Notes: a model not told the origin generated them from the sequence alone. A DNA stretch of 64,000 bases from Candidatus Jorgensenbacteria bacterium (GCA_043807585.1 JAZDFV010000013.1:2039-66038), one strand, 5' to 3'; positions 18,874 through 30,258 are shown, numbered from the stretch's first letter. Made by a program: numbers and translations.

Positions 18874-20799
18874 TCAGAGGTGGTAGATGAAGATGGAGGT
18901 GCCGGCGCGGAAGTCGGGTGTGGGGAGTTCGCCCAAGCCCGCCTCCGGCGGCCGGAGCTCCCGCAGCCAACGGTACTCGTCCTCCGGTTTGCGGGCGAGG
19001 GGCGGAATAACCGGCTGCATGGCCCCCTGGAGGGTGTTCACCGAGACGGCAAACCACTCGATGCCGATGTCCCTCGGGTCCCCGCGCGCCGACCACCACC
19101 CCTCGGCGGTTCCCCCGAGGTAGAACCGGGGGTCGCCTCCGCCGAAGTAGTCCACGGCGATTCTCTGGATGTCGCCTCGTTCCCTCACCCACGCGGCGAG
19201 GCGTTTCAGGTCCTGCCCCCAGTCGTAGTTTGAATCGGTGGCGTACCGGTAGCCGGTTCCCATGCCGCCTGCCGCCTCGTTGAAGTAGGAAAGGAAGAAG
19301 GGAGCCGCGAGAACCGTCTCAGCGGCCTGCCAGAACACCAGCGCTATCACCAGGGTCATTTTCCAGCGTGTCCGGGGCGGCAGCTTGCCTTCCTTGGTTC
19401 CCGCGTCCGCGTGGGTTTTCCCCCGTTGCGCCCACGATTTCAGGCCCCCCGCGGCGAGGAGGTAGAGAAGAGGAAGGACGGTGAGTACGTACCGCGCGCC
19501 GATGGGCGATGGATTCTTCACGCTGGAGGCGGCATAGAGCACCACCACGGCGAGCATGGGAAATTCAGCAAAGTGCGTGCCGAGGTAATCCGCAAAAGCC
19601 CTGCGGCGGGTTCTTCCATTCGCTCCGCCCAGCATCGTTTTCACCGAGAGGCCTAGGGCAAGGAGAAGAAACAAAAGGACGGGGAGCGGCTCTTTCAAGA
19701 GGAACGTGACGGGAGAATGGTACCATCGGCCGCCGCTCGAGACGTTTCCGAAGAAGTAAGTGGGGTTCCCGCCGTCCGGACGCTGGAGTGCCATAGTGAT
19801 GCCGAGCGCGTACTCAGCAAACGGGCGGAGCATCGGGTTCCCCGCCATTTGCGTGAGCGCGCTCCGCGCGAGTGGGGGCGCGGAGGAGAGGAGAGAGGAA
19901 GTATCCGTGATCTGCTTTGCCGCCGGGTAGTGGAACGTGGTCACGAAATACCCAGCGTAGATGACCGCCGCCCCGAGCGCAAAAACGAGGAGCAGTGATC
20001 CCGCAAGTGCGGTACCCCGGGGACGGTGCCCGCCTCTACTCGCTTGCCCCGTTTCCGCGAGAGCGGAGCGGGCCGTCAAGGCGAGGCTGGGGGTGCCGCG
20101 CCGGTGCGCTTCTCCCCAGAAAAATATTATCGCAAGGAGCACGAACGCGGGGATAAGGAGCAGCGCCGAGAACTCCATGAGCTGCGCAACGCCGAAGGCA
20201 ATTCCGGCGAGTATGAGGCGCCGCGCCGTCGGTCGGAGAAACCACTTTACGAATGCGTAGACAGCGGTGAGGATTCCGAATGCAGCCGCGACATCAGTGG
20301 TCACGTAATGCCCGTGCGCGAGGACGATAGGGGAGAACGCGAAGAGCGTTGCGGGGAGAAGTGCCCACCACCGCCCGAGGAGCTCCCGCCCCCAGAGGTA
20401 GATAAAGAGAAGCGTGAGGAGGGTGAGGAATATGGGGAATAGGCGGGAGAGGAAGATGATACGGTCCGCGTCGTTCCCCGACTCATAGAGGAACTGGTAC
20501 CCGACGTCACGCCCTCCGTTCACCTCCTTCTGCCACGCGGGATTCCCGGTAGGGAAGTTGAGCGATTCAGCGAGGAGAGGGAGCGCCGCGAGCGCTTTTG
20601 CGAGCGGAGGATGTCCTGGGTCAAGACGGTAGTCCATGTAGCGCGTGTAGCCATAGCCGGCTGGGATGTTGGCAAGTTCCTCTCTCGTAGCGGAGTCTCC
20701 CGCCGCCCCTTGGATGAGGAAATAGGCAGCAGCAGCCGCTAAGAAAATGAACATCGCGTGCGGGGCGACGTTCCTCAGGATTTTCACTGCTCTCTCCAT
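18874..20799 (-). CDS. ArnT/PMT-family (GT-C) membrane glycosyltransferase
   Basis: HPPLAK, AHGHYVTTD and DSNYDWGQD motifs; many TM helices. ATG at 20799 preferred. Confidence 0.75.
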   Translation of the reverse strand: MERAVKILRNVAPHAMFIFLAAAAAYFLIQGAAGDSATREELANIPAGYGYTRYMDYRLDPGHPPLAKALAALPLLAESLNFPTGNPAWQKEVNGGRDVGYQFLYESGNDADRIIFLSRLFPIFLTLLTLLFIYLWGRELLGRWWALLPATLFAFSPIVLAHGHYVTTDVAAAFGILTAVYAFVKWFLRPTARRLILAGIAFGVAQLMEFSALLLIPAFVLLAIIFFWGEAHRRGTPSLALTARSALAETGQASRGGHRPRGTALAGSLLLVFALGAAVIYAGYFVTTFHYPAAKQITDTSSLLSSAPPLARSALTQMAGNPMLRPFAEYALGITMALQRPDGGNPTYFFGNVSSGGRWYHSPVTFLLKEPLPVLLFLLLALGLSVKTMLGGANGRTRRRAFADYLGTHFAEFPMLAVVVLYAASSVKNPSPIGARYVLTVLPLLYLLAAGGLKSWAQRGKTHADAGTKEGKLPPRTRWKMTLVIALVFWQAAETVLAAPFFLSYFNEAAGGMGTGYRYATDSNYDWGQDLKRLAAWVRERGDIQRIAVDYFGGGDPRFYLGGTAEGWWSARGDPRDIGIEWFAVSVNTLQGAMQPVIPPLARKPEDEYRWLRELRPPEAGLGELPTPDFRAGTSIFIYHL

Positions 20800-20849
20800 G
20801 GTGCTGGGGCGTGTGATATGATAGAAGTAGTATAACAGTTCGGGCACTT

Positions 20850-21713
20850 ATGCTTCCTCGCAACCATCCCAAGTCCGGGTTCATCCCCCACATAACTTCA
20901 AAAAAGAAGTCATGTGGGGGATTCACCCTCGTTGAGCTACTCATCTACGGAGCGGTGTTCTCTGTTACCGCGGTATTTCTCGTGAACATCCTCACCGCCG
21001 TCACACAGACGCAGGTGCGCCAAACCTCGGTGAACGAGGTGAACCAGCAACTCACCTTCGTGGCGAACACCGTCCAGCGGCTCGTGCGGGAGTCGGCCGC
21101 GGTTGAGAATGCAGCGGGGGTTTCCTCCACCACACTCGTTCTCCGCATGCCTTCCTCCACACTCGACAAAACATTCGTCTACGCCTCCGGCACCGCCATC
21201 TACCTTGAGCAAGGATCTTCCACGCTCGGGGTTGCGGCTCCCTCGTCCCTCACCAACGACAAGGTGACAGTGACGGGATTTTCGGTGAAGAAGTTCGAGA
21301 ACCCCGGTGGGCTCTCGGTGGTACAGTTTGACATCGCGCTCTCGTACAACTCCTCGAGTACAAAATCGCAAGCCACCCGTACGTGGTCCGGGGCGGTGGC
21401 GCGCATCTCGGCGGCGACTTTTGATTCAAGTTTACTACCCGCAACCGCCGGAGATCTGGATGTCGGCGGCGATGGCTTCAATTGGAACAACGCCTATTTT
21501 TCGGGGGACGTCACCATTGCGGTTGACGGTCAGCTGGGGATTGGCGTCGCCCCCTCCGCGCTTTCAACAACGAAAATCAAATCCACCGGGGATGTCGGTT
21601 TTTCCACCTCAACCTACGGACTCATTCTCGTGAAACCCGACGGGAGTGGATGTTACCGCGTAACGGTAAGCAACGCTGGCGCTCTAGTAATCACTGCCAC
21701 CACCTGCCCCTAA
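20850..21713 (+). CDS. Type IV pilin-like protein
   Basis: Prepilin motif GFTLVELLIY followed by a hydrophobic helix. Confidence 0.8.
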   Translation: MLPRNHPKSGFIPHITSKKKSCGGFTLVELLIYGAVFSVTAVFLVNILTAVTQTQVRQTSVNEVNQQLTFVANTVQRLVRESAAVENAAGVSSTTLVLRMPSSTLDKTFVYASGTAIYLEQGSSTLGVAAPSSLTNDKVTVTGFSVKKFENPGGLSVVQFDIALSYNSSSTKSQATRTWSGAVARISAATFDSSLLPATAGDLDVGGDGFNWNNAYFSGDVTIAVDGQLGIGVAPSALSTTKIKSTGDVGFSTSTYGLILVKPDGSGCYRVTVSNAGALVITATTCP

Positions 21714-21715
21714 AA

Positions 21716-21806
21716 CGCGATGCGAATATACTAATGCATACTAATTATACGAATAAAGGAATTCTCCATTAGTAGTATTCGTATGAATTCGTATATTAGC
21801 ATCGCG
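21716..21806. repeat. TACGAAT/ATTCGTA inverted microsatellite element
   Basis: Terminal inverted repeat cgcgatgcgaatatac/gtatattagcatcgcg. Relatives at 26339-26535, 28829-28921 and 45372-45461. Confidence 0.75.
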
Positions 21807-21842
21807 TTGGCACTTGACTTGTCCGAGTGCCAATTCTATACT
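21807..21842 (+). promoter_or_regulatory. CIRCE operator overlapping a sigma70 promoter
   Basis: TTGGCACTT-N9-GAGTGCCAA (21807-21833); TTGACT-17-TATACT; upstream of hrcA-grpE-dnaK. Confidence 0.88.
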
Positions 21843-22000
21843 TGAAAGGCTTGGTTGGAGCAATGGGAGCCGTAGGCGAACCAGTGCTCCATTCCAAACT
21901 TTCACCCCGTTAGATAAGAATATGAAAACCGTGGCAGTAAACAGACATAACGTATATCGATTACTATCGGTCGGCGATTCCCTGTCCTCGCTATCTAACG

Positions 22001-22067
22001 GGGTGCTCGATTTTGTAGATAAATTTTCTTCTTCTACAGACTCGAAAATTTGTACAAAATCGGCATG
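22001..22067 (+). promoter_or_regulatory. 67-nt start-codon hairpin motif, copy 1 (hrcA)
   Basis: Ungapped homology to 34201-34267, 35928-35994 and 59898-59964. Confidence 0.8.
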
Positions 22068-22754
22068 AGAGATCGCACGAAGTCCATCCTTGAAGGCGCG
22101 GTCAAGGAGTTTATCCGCACAGGAGAGCCCATCACTTCAGAGCATCTTTTCGATGCTTTTGAGTTCGGCATCAAGCCAGCCATGATCCGGTGGGAGCTTA
22201 AGGAGCTTTCCCGCGCCGGCTACTTTTCCCAAAGGCACCCCTCCGGGGGGCGGTTTCCCACCAACCGGGCGTACCGCTTCTATGTGCAATCGCTTCTCGG
22301 CGCCGGTGTTCCCTCAATGCGGGGGTCGCTCGAGAGAGCGCTGCATGGATTCTTGGGGGAAGGGCCGCGGGAGCTCGTGGGAGAGATGGCGGATTACCTC
22401 GGAATGTTCTCCGCCGTGTATGAACCGCGGGCGGACCACGTCTATGAGAGCGGGCTCGAGGACCTCATGGCGGAACTTGATCTTGAGAATCGTCGCGAGC
22501 TCATGGAAGTCATCCGCGATATTGAGCTCCTCCCGGAGCGGATTATGGAGCAGGGAACGTGGCGGGGAGAGCGCGAGTGGCCCCAGGTGTTTGTGGGGGG
22601 GAACCCCTTCACCGCCAGCAGGCATCTCTCGGTGGTGGCGGGCAGGGTGCGTGGCGGGGAGAAGCCTCTCCTCCTCTTGGCGGTGGGTCCCACGCGGATG
22701 GACTATGAAAAATCCTTGCGGCTCTTCCGCGCACTCTGTGATTCGGTTTCATAA
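22065..22754 (+). CDS. hrcA: Heat-inducible repressor HrcA (short form)
   Basis: TGEPITS, HPSGGRFPT and VGPTRMDY; CIRCE upstream. Confidence 0.88.
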   Translation: MRDRTKSILEGAVKEFIRTGEPITSEHLFDAFEFGIKPAMIRWELKELSRAGYFSQRHPSGGRFPTNRAYRFYVQSLLGAGVPSMRGSLERALHGFLGEGPRELVGEMADYLGMFSAVYEPRADHVYESGLEDLMAELDLENRRELMEVIRDIELLPERIMEQGTWRGEREWPQVFVGGNPFTASRHLSVVAGRVRGGEKPLLLLAVGPTRMDYEKSLRLFRALCDSVS

Positions 22755-22762
22755 TTTACGCC

Positions 22763-23284
22763 ATGGAAGACAATATTCCCCACAAAGAAGAAGAGCGGCC
22801 GCAGACGTCCCCGCCACTCGAGGTGCAGCTTGCCGCGTGCGCGCAGGAGCGCGATGAGTATCTGAACGGATGGAAGCGCGCGAAAGCGGACCTCGCAAAC
22901 TACCGGAAGGAGGAGATGGAGCGCTTTGACGCGTTTGCGAAACTTTCCACCAGTGCGCTCGTCTCCGAGCTCCTCTCGCTCTTTGATAGTTTTGATTTGG
23001 GGCTCGCGGCAGCGAAGGGCGATGAGGAAGCAAAACGCGGGTTTTACCTCATCCGGGGACAGTTGGAGGATATTTTGAAACGGCGCGGTCTTGAGACGAT
23101 CCTTGCGCCGCCGGGCGCGCCGTTTGACCCGGTGCGCCACGAGGGAGTGGGGGAAATGACCTCGGAATATCCCCCGGGGACCGTGGCGGAGGAAGTGAGC
23201 CGGGGGTATATGTTCCATGGGAGAGTGCTCCGCCCCGCGCGGGTGAAGATAAGCAAGGAGCAAAAGGACAACGGTGACAAATGA
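22763..23284 (+). CDS. grpE: Nucleotide exchange factor GrpE
   Basis: RAKADLANYRK, FDPVRHE and RVLRPARV. Confidence 0.95.
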   Translation: MEDNIPHKEEERPQTSPPLEVQLAACAQERDEYLNGWKRAKADLANYRKEEMERFDAFAKLSTSALVSELLSLFDSFDLGLAAAKGDEEAKRGFYLIRGQLEDILKRRGLETILAPPGAPFDPVRHEGVGEMTSEYPPGTVAEEVSRGYMFHGRVLRPARVKISKEQKDNGDK

Positions 23285-23403
23285 CGATGACGATAACAAG
23301 CGACCGATAACATCCGTATAAATCCGTTTCAATCCGTATGAATCCGTGTCTAAATAAATCAGCGTCTAGAGTAGCAAAAGGCAAATAACAAATAATAATT
23401 ACC

Positions 23404-25269
23404 ATGCCAAAAATTTTAGGTATTGACCTCGGGACCACGAACTCCGCCATGGCCGTCGTGCAGGGCGGGGAGCCGGTGGTACTCGAGAACCACGAGGGCA
23501 ATCGGACTACCCCTTCCGTGGCGGCGCTCTCCAAGTCGGGGGAGCGGCTCGTGGGGCTCCTTGCAAAGCGCCAGGCGGTGGTGAACCCCAAGCACACCAT
23601 CTTTTCGGTGAAGCGGCTTGTGGGCCGCGCGTGGAGCGATCCGGAGGTGCAGCGCGATCTCTCGTGGCTCACGTACGAGATGCACGCCTCCGCACAAGGG
23701 GGTGTGGAGGTGAGGATGGGGGATCGGTGGTACAAACCGGAGGAGATTTCCGCCATGGTGCTCCAGAAGCTCAAGGCGGATGCCGAGGCGAAGCTCGGCG
23801 AGAAAATCGAGGAAGCGGTCATCACCGTGCCGGCGTACTTCGACGATTCCCAGCGTCAGGCGACCAAAAACGCGGGAGAGATCGCCGGTTTCAAGGTGCG
23901 CCGCATCCTGAACGAACCCACCGCGGCGGCGCTCGCGTACGGCCTGAACCGCGAGAAGAACGAGCGCATCGTGGTCTATGACTTCGGCGGCGGGACGTTC
24001 GACATTTCCATCCTCGAGGTGGGCGACGACACCGTGGAAGTGAAGGCGACGGGTGGTGACACTCACTTGGGCGGCGACGACTTTGACAAACGCATCATCG
24101 AGTACCTCGTCAAGGAATACCAGAAGCAGGAAGGCATCGATATCTCGAAGGATACCCTCGCCATCCAGCGCTTGAAGGAAGCCGCCGAGCGCGCGAAGCA
24201 TGAACTTTCAACGGCCGTGGAGAGCGAGATAAACCTCCCTTACATCACCTCCGGACCGGAGGGTCCCAAGCATTTTGTGATGAAGCTCACGCGCGCGAAG
24301 CTCGAGGACCTCGTTCGTGATTTTATTGAGCACTCCCTGTCCCTCGTGAAGGAGGCCGTCACGGCGGCGCCCCCCAAGGGGGCGGGTCTCAAGTTTTCCG
24401 ACATTAATGAGGTGGTGCTCGTCGGCGGTCAGACGCGCATGCCGGCGATCCAGGAAGCGGTGAAAAAGCTTTTTGGGAAGGATCCTCACAAAGGCATCAA
24501 CCCCGACGAGGTGGTGGCGGTGGGTGCCGCGGTCCAGGCGGGCATTCTTCAGGGCGACGTGAAAGACATTCTCCTCTTGGACGTGACACCCCTTTCCCTC
24601 TCCATTGAAACCCTTGGCGGTGTGGCGACACCCATGATTCCCAAGAACACAACCGTGCCGACCTCGAAGACACAGGTGTTTTCCACCGCCGCCGACAGCC
24701 AGACCTCGGTGGAGATCCACATCGGGCAGGGAGAGCGGGCCCTCATGGCGGACAATAAAACACTCGGCCGCTTCATCTTGGACGGCATTCCTCCCGCGCC
24801 GCGCGGTCTTCCCCAGATCGAGGTGACTTTCGACATCGACGCTAACGGTATCCTCACCGTTTCCGCGAAGGACAAGGCGACGAGCAAAGCGCAGTCGGTG
24901 AAGATCGAGGCGACCACGAGTTTGAACAAGGAGGAGGTTGAGCGCCTGAAGCGTGAGGCGGCGGAGCACGCGACGGAGGACCAGAAAAAGCGTGAGGAGA
25001 TCGAGATCAAGAACCAAACCGAGTCCCTCATTTATACGGCGGAGAAAAGTTTGCGCGATGGCGGCGATAAGATACCCACGGACATTGCCGAGGCAGTGAA
25101 GGCGAAAATTGATATACTGAAGGAGAAGCAATCGAAAGGAGATCTCCCGGCGATCCAGAACGCCATGCAGGAACTCTCGCAGGCGCTCCAGAAGATCGGC
25201 GAAGCCCTCTACCGGGGCCAGCAGCCGCCGGGGGGCGCTGAGGGAGGTGAACCGCGACCCACAGCATGA
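23404..25269 (+). CDS. dnaK: Chaperone DnaK
   Basis: [15 protein letters not shown] and DFGGGTFD. Confidence 0.98.
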   Translation: MPKILGIDLGTTNSAMAVVQGGEPVVLENHEGNRTTPSVAALSKSGERLVGLLAKRQAVVNPKHTIFSVKRLVGRAWSDPEVQRDLSWLTYEMHASAQGGVEVRMGDRWYKPEEISAMVLQKLKADAEAKLGEKIEEAVITVPAYFDDSQRQATKNAGEIAGFKVRRILNEPTAAALAYGLNREKNERIVVYDFGGGTFDISILEVGDDTVEVKATGGDTHLGGDDFDKRIIEYLVKEYQKQEGIDISKDTLAIQRLKEAAERAKHELSTAVESEINLPYITSGPEGPKHFVMKLTRAKLEDLVRDFIEHSLSLVKEAVTAAPPKGAGLKFSDINEVVLVGGQTRMPAIQEAVKKLFGKDPHKGINPDEVVAVGAAVQAGILQGDVKDILLLDVTPLSLSIETLGGVATPMIPKNTTVPTSKTQVFSTAADSQTSVEIHIGQGERALMADNKTLGRFILDGIPPAPRGLPQIEVTFDIDANGILTVSAKDKATSKAQSVKIEATTSLNKEEVERLKREAAEHATEDQKKREEIEIKNQTESLIYTAEKSLRDGGDKIPTDIAEAVKAKIDILKEKQSKGDLPAIQNAMQELSQALQKIGEALYRGQQPPGGAEGGEPRPTA

Positions 25270-26294
25270 CCGATAACCGCACGACGGTGATAAGCCAGTC
25301 AACGGAGGAAGAAATCGACCGGAGCGTCGGGAAGGTGCTTACACTCGCTCTCGTGGGGGCGGTATTGAGCGTAATCACGGCGTACGCCGTGCAGCTTTTC
25401 CTCACCACCGCGGAGACGCGGTATCTCGTAGGCGGGCTCGTGGCCGGTTTTTTCTTCTTTATAGAGCTCATCCTTGAAAGTTTTTTCGTGAAAAATCGAG
25501 CGCTTCTCAAGGTCATCGCGGTGTTTCAGGGGGTGGTGCCGCTCGTGCTCTTCTCCGGGCATCTCTATCCCGTACCATCCATTCCCTTGATTGCCGGCGT
25601 TGTCCTCATGGCGGCGTTCCTCGCGGGCGGCGCGGGTCACGGCGCGCACGTTTTGAAGAACAGCATGAAAGTTCAGTTCGTGACCGTGACGCGGGCGTTT
25701 CTCTCCAAGCTCCTCACAGGCGTGCTCATATTCGTGTCAGTGCTCTTTTACCTGAACTACTTCGCGTGGGGAGGTTTTAATGAAGCACTCGGGCGGAAAC
25801 TCACGGATCAACTCCTCAAGGCCTCCGAGCCGGTGGTGGGAATTATCTGGGGCGGGGTGCGGTTTGATCAAACGGTGGGTGAAGTGCTCGCGCAGGTGGC
25901 GGAGAAGCAGCTCCGTAGCGCGCCAGTGGAGGGCGCCGATAGCATCGATTTCTCGCAGCTCCCCCCGGAGCTCCAGCAGCAAGCGGTGCAGGGCGCCGCG
26001 GAGACGCTCCGGGGTTTGCTCGTCGAGCGACTGGGTCCTTTCACGAGTGATGAGAAGGTGACCGATGTAGTATACGGCGTCGCAGCGCGCTACGTTGCGA
26101 ATGTTTCGCCGGAGATCAAGGCGCTCGCCGGTGCTCTCTTTGCGCTCGCCCTCTTCTTCTCTCTCAAGGGTTTCTTCTCGCTTTTCCTCTGGTTCGTGGC
26201 GTTCGTGGCGTACCTTTTCTTCAAACTCCTCGTCGCGGTGAACTTCGCCCACGTGAGTACGGAAACCACCATGCGCGAGTTCGTTATCTTATAG
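25266..26294 (+). CDS. Hypothetical multi-pass membrane protein
   Basis: Long hydrophobic ORF overlapping the dnaK stop codon. Confidence 0.7.
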   Translation: MTDNRTTVISQSTEEEIDRSVGKVLTLALVGAVLSVITAYAVQLFLTTAETRYLVGGLVAGFFFFIELILESFFVKNRALLKVIAVFQGVVPLVLFSGHLYPVPSIPLIAGVVLMAAFLAGGAGHGAHVLKNSMKVQFVTVTRAFLSKLLTGVLIFVSVLFYLNYFAWGGFNEALGRKLTDQLLKASEPVVGIIWGGVRFDQTVGEVLAQVAEKQLRSAPVEGADSIDFSQLPPELQQQAVQGAAETLRGLLVERLGPFTSDEKVTDVVYGVAARYVANVSPEIKALAGALFALALFFSLKGFFSLFLWFVAFVAYLFFKLLVAVNFAHVSTETTMREFVIL

Positions 26295-26544
26295 ACGCTG
26301 ATTTATGCGGATTTTGGCGGATTTATGCGGATAGTAGTGATGCGAATATACCAGGCGGCTACGAAATACGAAATAATACGAAAATACAATTTAGCTACGA
26401 AATACGAAAATAGTACGAATATACGAAATTGTTAATAAAACATGAAGTCGTTTTCGTATATTCGTAAGAAGTTCGTAATTCGTAGAGAAGCGGAGCGTTT
26501 CGTATATTCGGAATTAAATTCGTAATTCGTAGAGATATTTACCC

Positions 26545-27639
26545 GTGAAGGATTATTACAAAACTTTGGGCGTTTCGCGCGACGCCTCGGAGGAGGATAT
26601 AAAGAAGGCGTACCGCCGCCTCGCCCACCAGCACCACCCGGACAAAACGGGCGGGAGCGACGCCAAGTTCAAGGAGTTGAACGAGGCCTACCAAGTGTTG
26701 GGGAACAGCGAGAAGCGGAGCCAGTATGACCGCTTCGGTACCGTCTTTTCCTCCGGAGGCGGACCCGCTTATGGCGGAGAGGGTTTCGGCGGATTCAACC
26801 CCGAAGGATTTGGGTGGAACGTGAACGCAGGGGAGGACTTGGGCAACTTCGCCGACATCTTTGAGAATATCTTTGAACACTTCGGCGGGGGACCCCGCCG
26901 GCAGACCTACACGCGCGGTGCCGACGTGGAGCTCGCGCAGGAGCTCACCATGGAAGACGCGTTCCGCGGCGTGCGGCGGCATATTCGCTTCTCGGCGCAT
27001 GTGCAGTGCCACGTGTGCGGCGGAGTAGGGCATGACAAGGCGAAGGGGCTCTCTCCCTGCGCCACCTGCAAGGGGCGCGGCGAGATCCGCGAGCAGCGCC
27101 AGACCTTCTTCGGCAACTTTGCGCAGGTTAAAGCGTGCCCGACCTGCCGCGGCCGCGGCGAAGTGGCCGTGGCTCCCTGCAGTGCCTGCAAGGGGAGCGG
27201 GCGCACGGCGGGAACGCGGGAGGTGGAACTTTCCATCGCCCCCGGGGTGGACAACGGGCAGGTCATTAAGGTTTCGGGCATGGGCGAGGCGGGGGAGTAC
27301 GGAACGGGGAGCGGCGACCTCTACGTGGTGGTGCGTGTGAAGCCCCACACGGCGTTCCGGCGGAAGAAAACCGATCTCTTTACCGAGAAGAGCGTGCGGT
27401 TCTCCGATCTGCTCCTCGGGAAGAAAGTTGAGCTTGTGGACATAAGCGGCGAGCGGTTCACGGTGTCCGTCCCCGCGGGATTTAATCTCCGCGAGGAGCT
27501 GCGGGTGCCTGGGCGCGGCATGCCGCGCTTCGGCTCATCGGGCCGCGGGGATCTCTACCTAACGCTCGACGTGAAGCTCCCGAGGCACCTCTCCGCGAAG
27601 GCGAAGAAGCTCTTGGAGGAGCTGGAGGGGGAGATGTAG
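26545..27639 (+). CDS. dnaJ: Chaperone DnaJ
   Basis: J domain with HPD and four CxxCxGxG repeats. Confidence 0.96.
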   Translation: MKDYYKTLGVSRDASEEDIKKAYRRLAHQHHPDKTGGSDAKFKELNEAYQVLGNSEKRSQYDRFGTVFSSGGGPAYGGEGFGGFNPEGFGWNVNAGEDLGNFADIFENIFEHFGGGPRRQTYTRGADVELAQELTMEDAFRGVRRHIRFSAHVQCHVCGGVGHDKAKGLSPCATCKGRGEIREQRQTFFGNFAQVKACPTCRGRGEVAVAPCSACKGSGRTAGTREVELSIAPGVDNGQVIKVSGMGEAGEYGTGSGDLYVVVRVKPHTAFRRKKTDLFTEKSVRFSDLLLGKKVELVDISGERFTVSVPAGFNLREELRVPGRGMPRFGSSGRGDLYLTLDVKLPRHLSAKAKKLLEELEGEM

Positions 27640-27694
27640 GCGCGTCATTCTTATTCTTAGAGCACCGGGTGAACGAGTAGTAAAGAACTGGGCC

Positions 27695-28120
27695 TCACGT
27701 GAGGCCCAGTTCTTTTTTCACTTTCGGGTCGAGGTCGGTGGTGAAGAGTGTGAGGAGCTCCTGCGGTTTCACCCACCTGATCTCCCCAACCTCGTGAGGT
27801 TCCTTCGGTTCCGCCACTGGTTGCGGAGATTTGAGCTCGCAGAGGTGGTAGACGATGGTAATCATGAATTGCGGGTGGATGCGGAGCGAGAGCTCGCGCC
27901 GGGAGGCGATCTCATAGCCGGTTTCCGCGAGCACCTCACGCTCCACGCCCTGGGCGCGTGTTTCCCCATACCGCTGCTTGCCGCCGGGAAACGCCCACTC
28001 CAATACCGTACCGCCGCTCCCCGTCTCTTTCTTCTTGCGGCGTATCACGAGTACTTCCCCCTTCGGGTTCACCACGACCCCCAGGTTGATGAAGTTCTTG
28101 CTCTCCGCCGGTTCTGCCAT
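27695..28120 (-). CDS. NUDIX hydrolase
   Basis: Nudix box PGGKQRYGE...REVLAETG. Confidence 0.85.
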   Translation of the reverse strand: MAEPAESKNFINLGVVVNPKGEVLVIRRKKKETGSGGTVLEWAFPGGKQRYGETRAQGVEREVLAETGYEIASRRELSLRIHPQFMITIVYHLCELKSPQPVAEPKEPHEVGEIRWVKPQELLTLFTTDLDPKVKKELGLT

Positions 28121-28192
28121 AATACCCTCGCATTATACCTTGGGGGTACGACCACTTGACAGTGGAACGGCAGCTGGTATCATGGATTCACT

Positions 28193-28285
28193 CCGTAGAC
28201 AGTAGGCTGGGAATACCTATAAGCCCTACCGAGGAAACGCCAGCGCGCGCTGGCAACGTCTACGGCCTTGGAGTCGTAGTTTTTT
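28193..28285 (+). promoter_or_regulatory. L10 leader-like attenuator
   Basis: ccgtagacagtagg...ccctaccgagg followed by a hairpin and T run, upstream of rplJ. Confidence 0.65.
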
Positions 28286-28328
28286 GTATCCGTATCAATC
28301 AGTCCAAATCCGCATAAATCAGCGTCTT

Positions 28329-28814
28329 ATGAAAACAAAAGCACAAAAGCAGCAGGCGGTAGAGGAAGGGTTGGCGGGCTTGAAAGGGAGCAAGACCATC
28401 GTCATCGCCGACTTTACGGGGATTTCCACCTCGGAGATGAACGTGCTCCGGAAGGCGCTCCGCGGGATTGGTGCGGCGTTCCACGTGGTGAAGAAGCGGC
28501 TCCTTCGCATTATCTTTGAAAAGGAGGGTATTGCCATGGACCCCAGGGAGCTCGAGGGGCAGATGGGGGTAGTGTTCTCGCCAAATGACCTCGTGGAGAC
28601 CGCCGGCGTCGTGCACCGCTTCTCAAGAGGGAAGGAGCTTCTGAAGTTCCTCGGCGGGGTGGAGGTCAAGGAGAAAAAGTTCATCGAGGGGGCGGACGTG
28701 AAGCGCATCGGCGCGCTCCCCAGCCGCGAGGTCCTTTTGGGACAGTTGGCGTACATGCTCACGGTACCTATTAAAAAGTTTTTGTTCGTGTTGAGTGAAA
28801 AATCCAAAAAGTAA
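28329..28814 (+). CDS. rplJ: 50S ribosomal protein L10
   Basis: VVKKRL and LPSREVLLGQL; ATG at 28329. Confidence 0.93.
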   Translation: MKTKAQKQQAVEEGLAGLKGSKTIVIADFTGISTSEMNVLRKALRGIGAAFHVVKKRLLRIIFEKEGIAMDPRELEGQMGVVFSPNDLVETAGVVHRFSRGKELLKFLGGVEVKEKKFIEGADVKRIGALPSREVLLGQLAYMLTVPIKKFLFVLSEKSKK

Positions 28815-28935
28815 AAGGTCGTAAGTGTGATACCAATATACTAATGCATACTAATGATACAAATAATGCTAATGATTCGTATTCATTCGTATCATTCGCA
28901 CCAATTCGTATATTAGCATCGTGTAAGCGAAGCGT

Positions 28936-29304
28936 ATGGAAAAATTTGAAGACATCATAGAAAAAGTGGAAAAGATGACGGTGCTGGAGCTCTCCGAGCT
29001 CGTACATGCGCTCGAAGAGAAATTCGGCGTCTCCGCGGCGGCTATGGCGGTCGCGGGTGACCCTTCGACAGGCCTAGGGCAGGAGGAAGAAAAAACCGCG
29101 TGGACGGTGGTCTTGAAGGCCAGCGGCGGCCAGAAGATCAACGTCATCAAGCTGGTGAAGGAGGCGACGGGGCTAGGCCTCAAGGAAGCGAAGGATATTG
29201 TGGATGCCGCTCCGAAGAACGTGAAGGAGGGACTCAAAAAGGAAGATGCGGAGGAACTGAAAAAGAAGCTGGAGGATGTGGGCGCAACGGTGGAATTACA
29301 GTAG
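28936..29304 (+). CDS. rplL: 50S ribosomal protein L7/L12
   Basis: EEKFGVSAA and TGLGLKEAK. Confidence 0.96.
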   Translation: MEKFEDIIEKVEKMTVLELSELVHALEEKFGVSAAAMAVAGDPSTGLGQEEEKTAWTVVLKASGGQKINVIKLVKEATGLGLKEAKDIVDAAPKNVKEGLKKEDAEELKKKLEDVGATVELQ

Positions 29305-29364
29305 CTTTCTCGTGGACGGAAAAGGCGCCTGTCGCATTACGCGGCGGGCGCCTTTCTTTACCTA

Positions 29365-30258
29365 TTAGGAAAGCTCCTTACGTACCTTGTCGTGGAGGGC
29401 CGCAAGTCCCGCGAGGAGCGTGAACTGCTGGGCGGGAGAATCCACGTTGTGGCAACTAAACTCATATCCACTTCCTTTATCGGGCGAGCATGAATATGAG
29501 GGATGAAGCCCACACGCGTCGCCGGGGCAGCTTACGTTCAACCATCCGCCCCTATAGGCGATATGCGCCGAAAAGCTGTGGTCATCGAGCGGTCCTCGGC
29601 CGAGCATATGGTAATAGGCGGTCCTCATTGCCTTTTCCATTTCTGGGATGACATAAACGTGCCGCTCGGGTAAATCCGTCACCTTCGAAGCGAGCCACGA
29701 AGTAAGCGGAACGCTATACATCCCGCCGAGGCTTCCTCCGTGCATGTCCCTCATCGTTAGCGTTTCCACGGAGAGGAGTTGTGGGAGCTTCGAGGAGGTT
29801 TCGGCGTCATTCAGGTAATTGAGCAGGGAGAAAAGGACAGTAAAGCTCGCCGAGACCGCGAACGCTTCGTGCCAGAGGTAGTTGTATTGCTTTCCGGTGC
29901 CGCCGCAGCGTAGGCATTCGCCGCCGAAAATTCTATCCTTCTTCTTTCCTTTGCAGGAGGGGCATACTTTCCCGACTCTTTGCTTGACGATCGGTGCGCT
30001 TGCCATCAGTTCGATGAATTCGCCGCGCGGGCCGCGATAGGTGAGCGCCCCTTCGAATCCGAACCCGTTCACGGGTTTCTCCGAGAAATTCTTGAAGTTG
30101 AATTCCGGATCGAAGTTTCGGACCATCGGCGAGTCAGGTTTGATTTGCTCGAACAATTTCAGCATATCTCGATGAATTCGGACAACGATTGCGGTTTTCT
30201 CCGGTAGCCAGGACAGTTCATACCAACAAGGCAGAACATCGTAGATGATGATTTTCAT
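29365..30258 (-). CDS. Hypothetical protein with a CxxCxG...CxxCxGxG zinc finger
   Basis: CPSCKG and CLRCGGTG; GGGAGG RBS. Confidence 0.65.
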   Translation of the reverse strand: MKIIIYDVLPCWYELSWLPEKTAIVVRIHRDMLKLFEQIKPDSPMVRNFDPEFNFKNFSEKPVNGFGFEGALTYRGPRGEFIELMASAPIVKQRVGKVCPSCKGKKKDRIFGGECLRCGGTGKQYNYLWHEAFAVSASFTVLFSLLNYLNDAETSSKLPQLLSVETLTMRDMHGGSLGGMYSVPLTSWLASKVTDLPERHVYVIPEMEKAMRTAYYHMLGRGPLDDHSFSAHIAYRGGWLNVSCPGDACGLHPSYSCSPDKGSGYEFSCHNVDSPAQQFTLLAGLAALHDKVRKELS

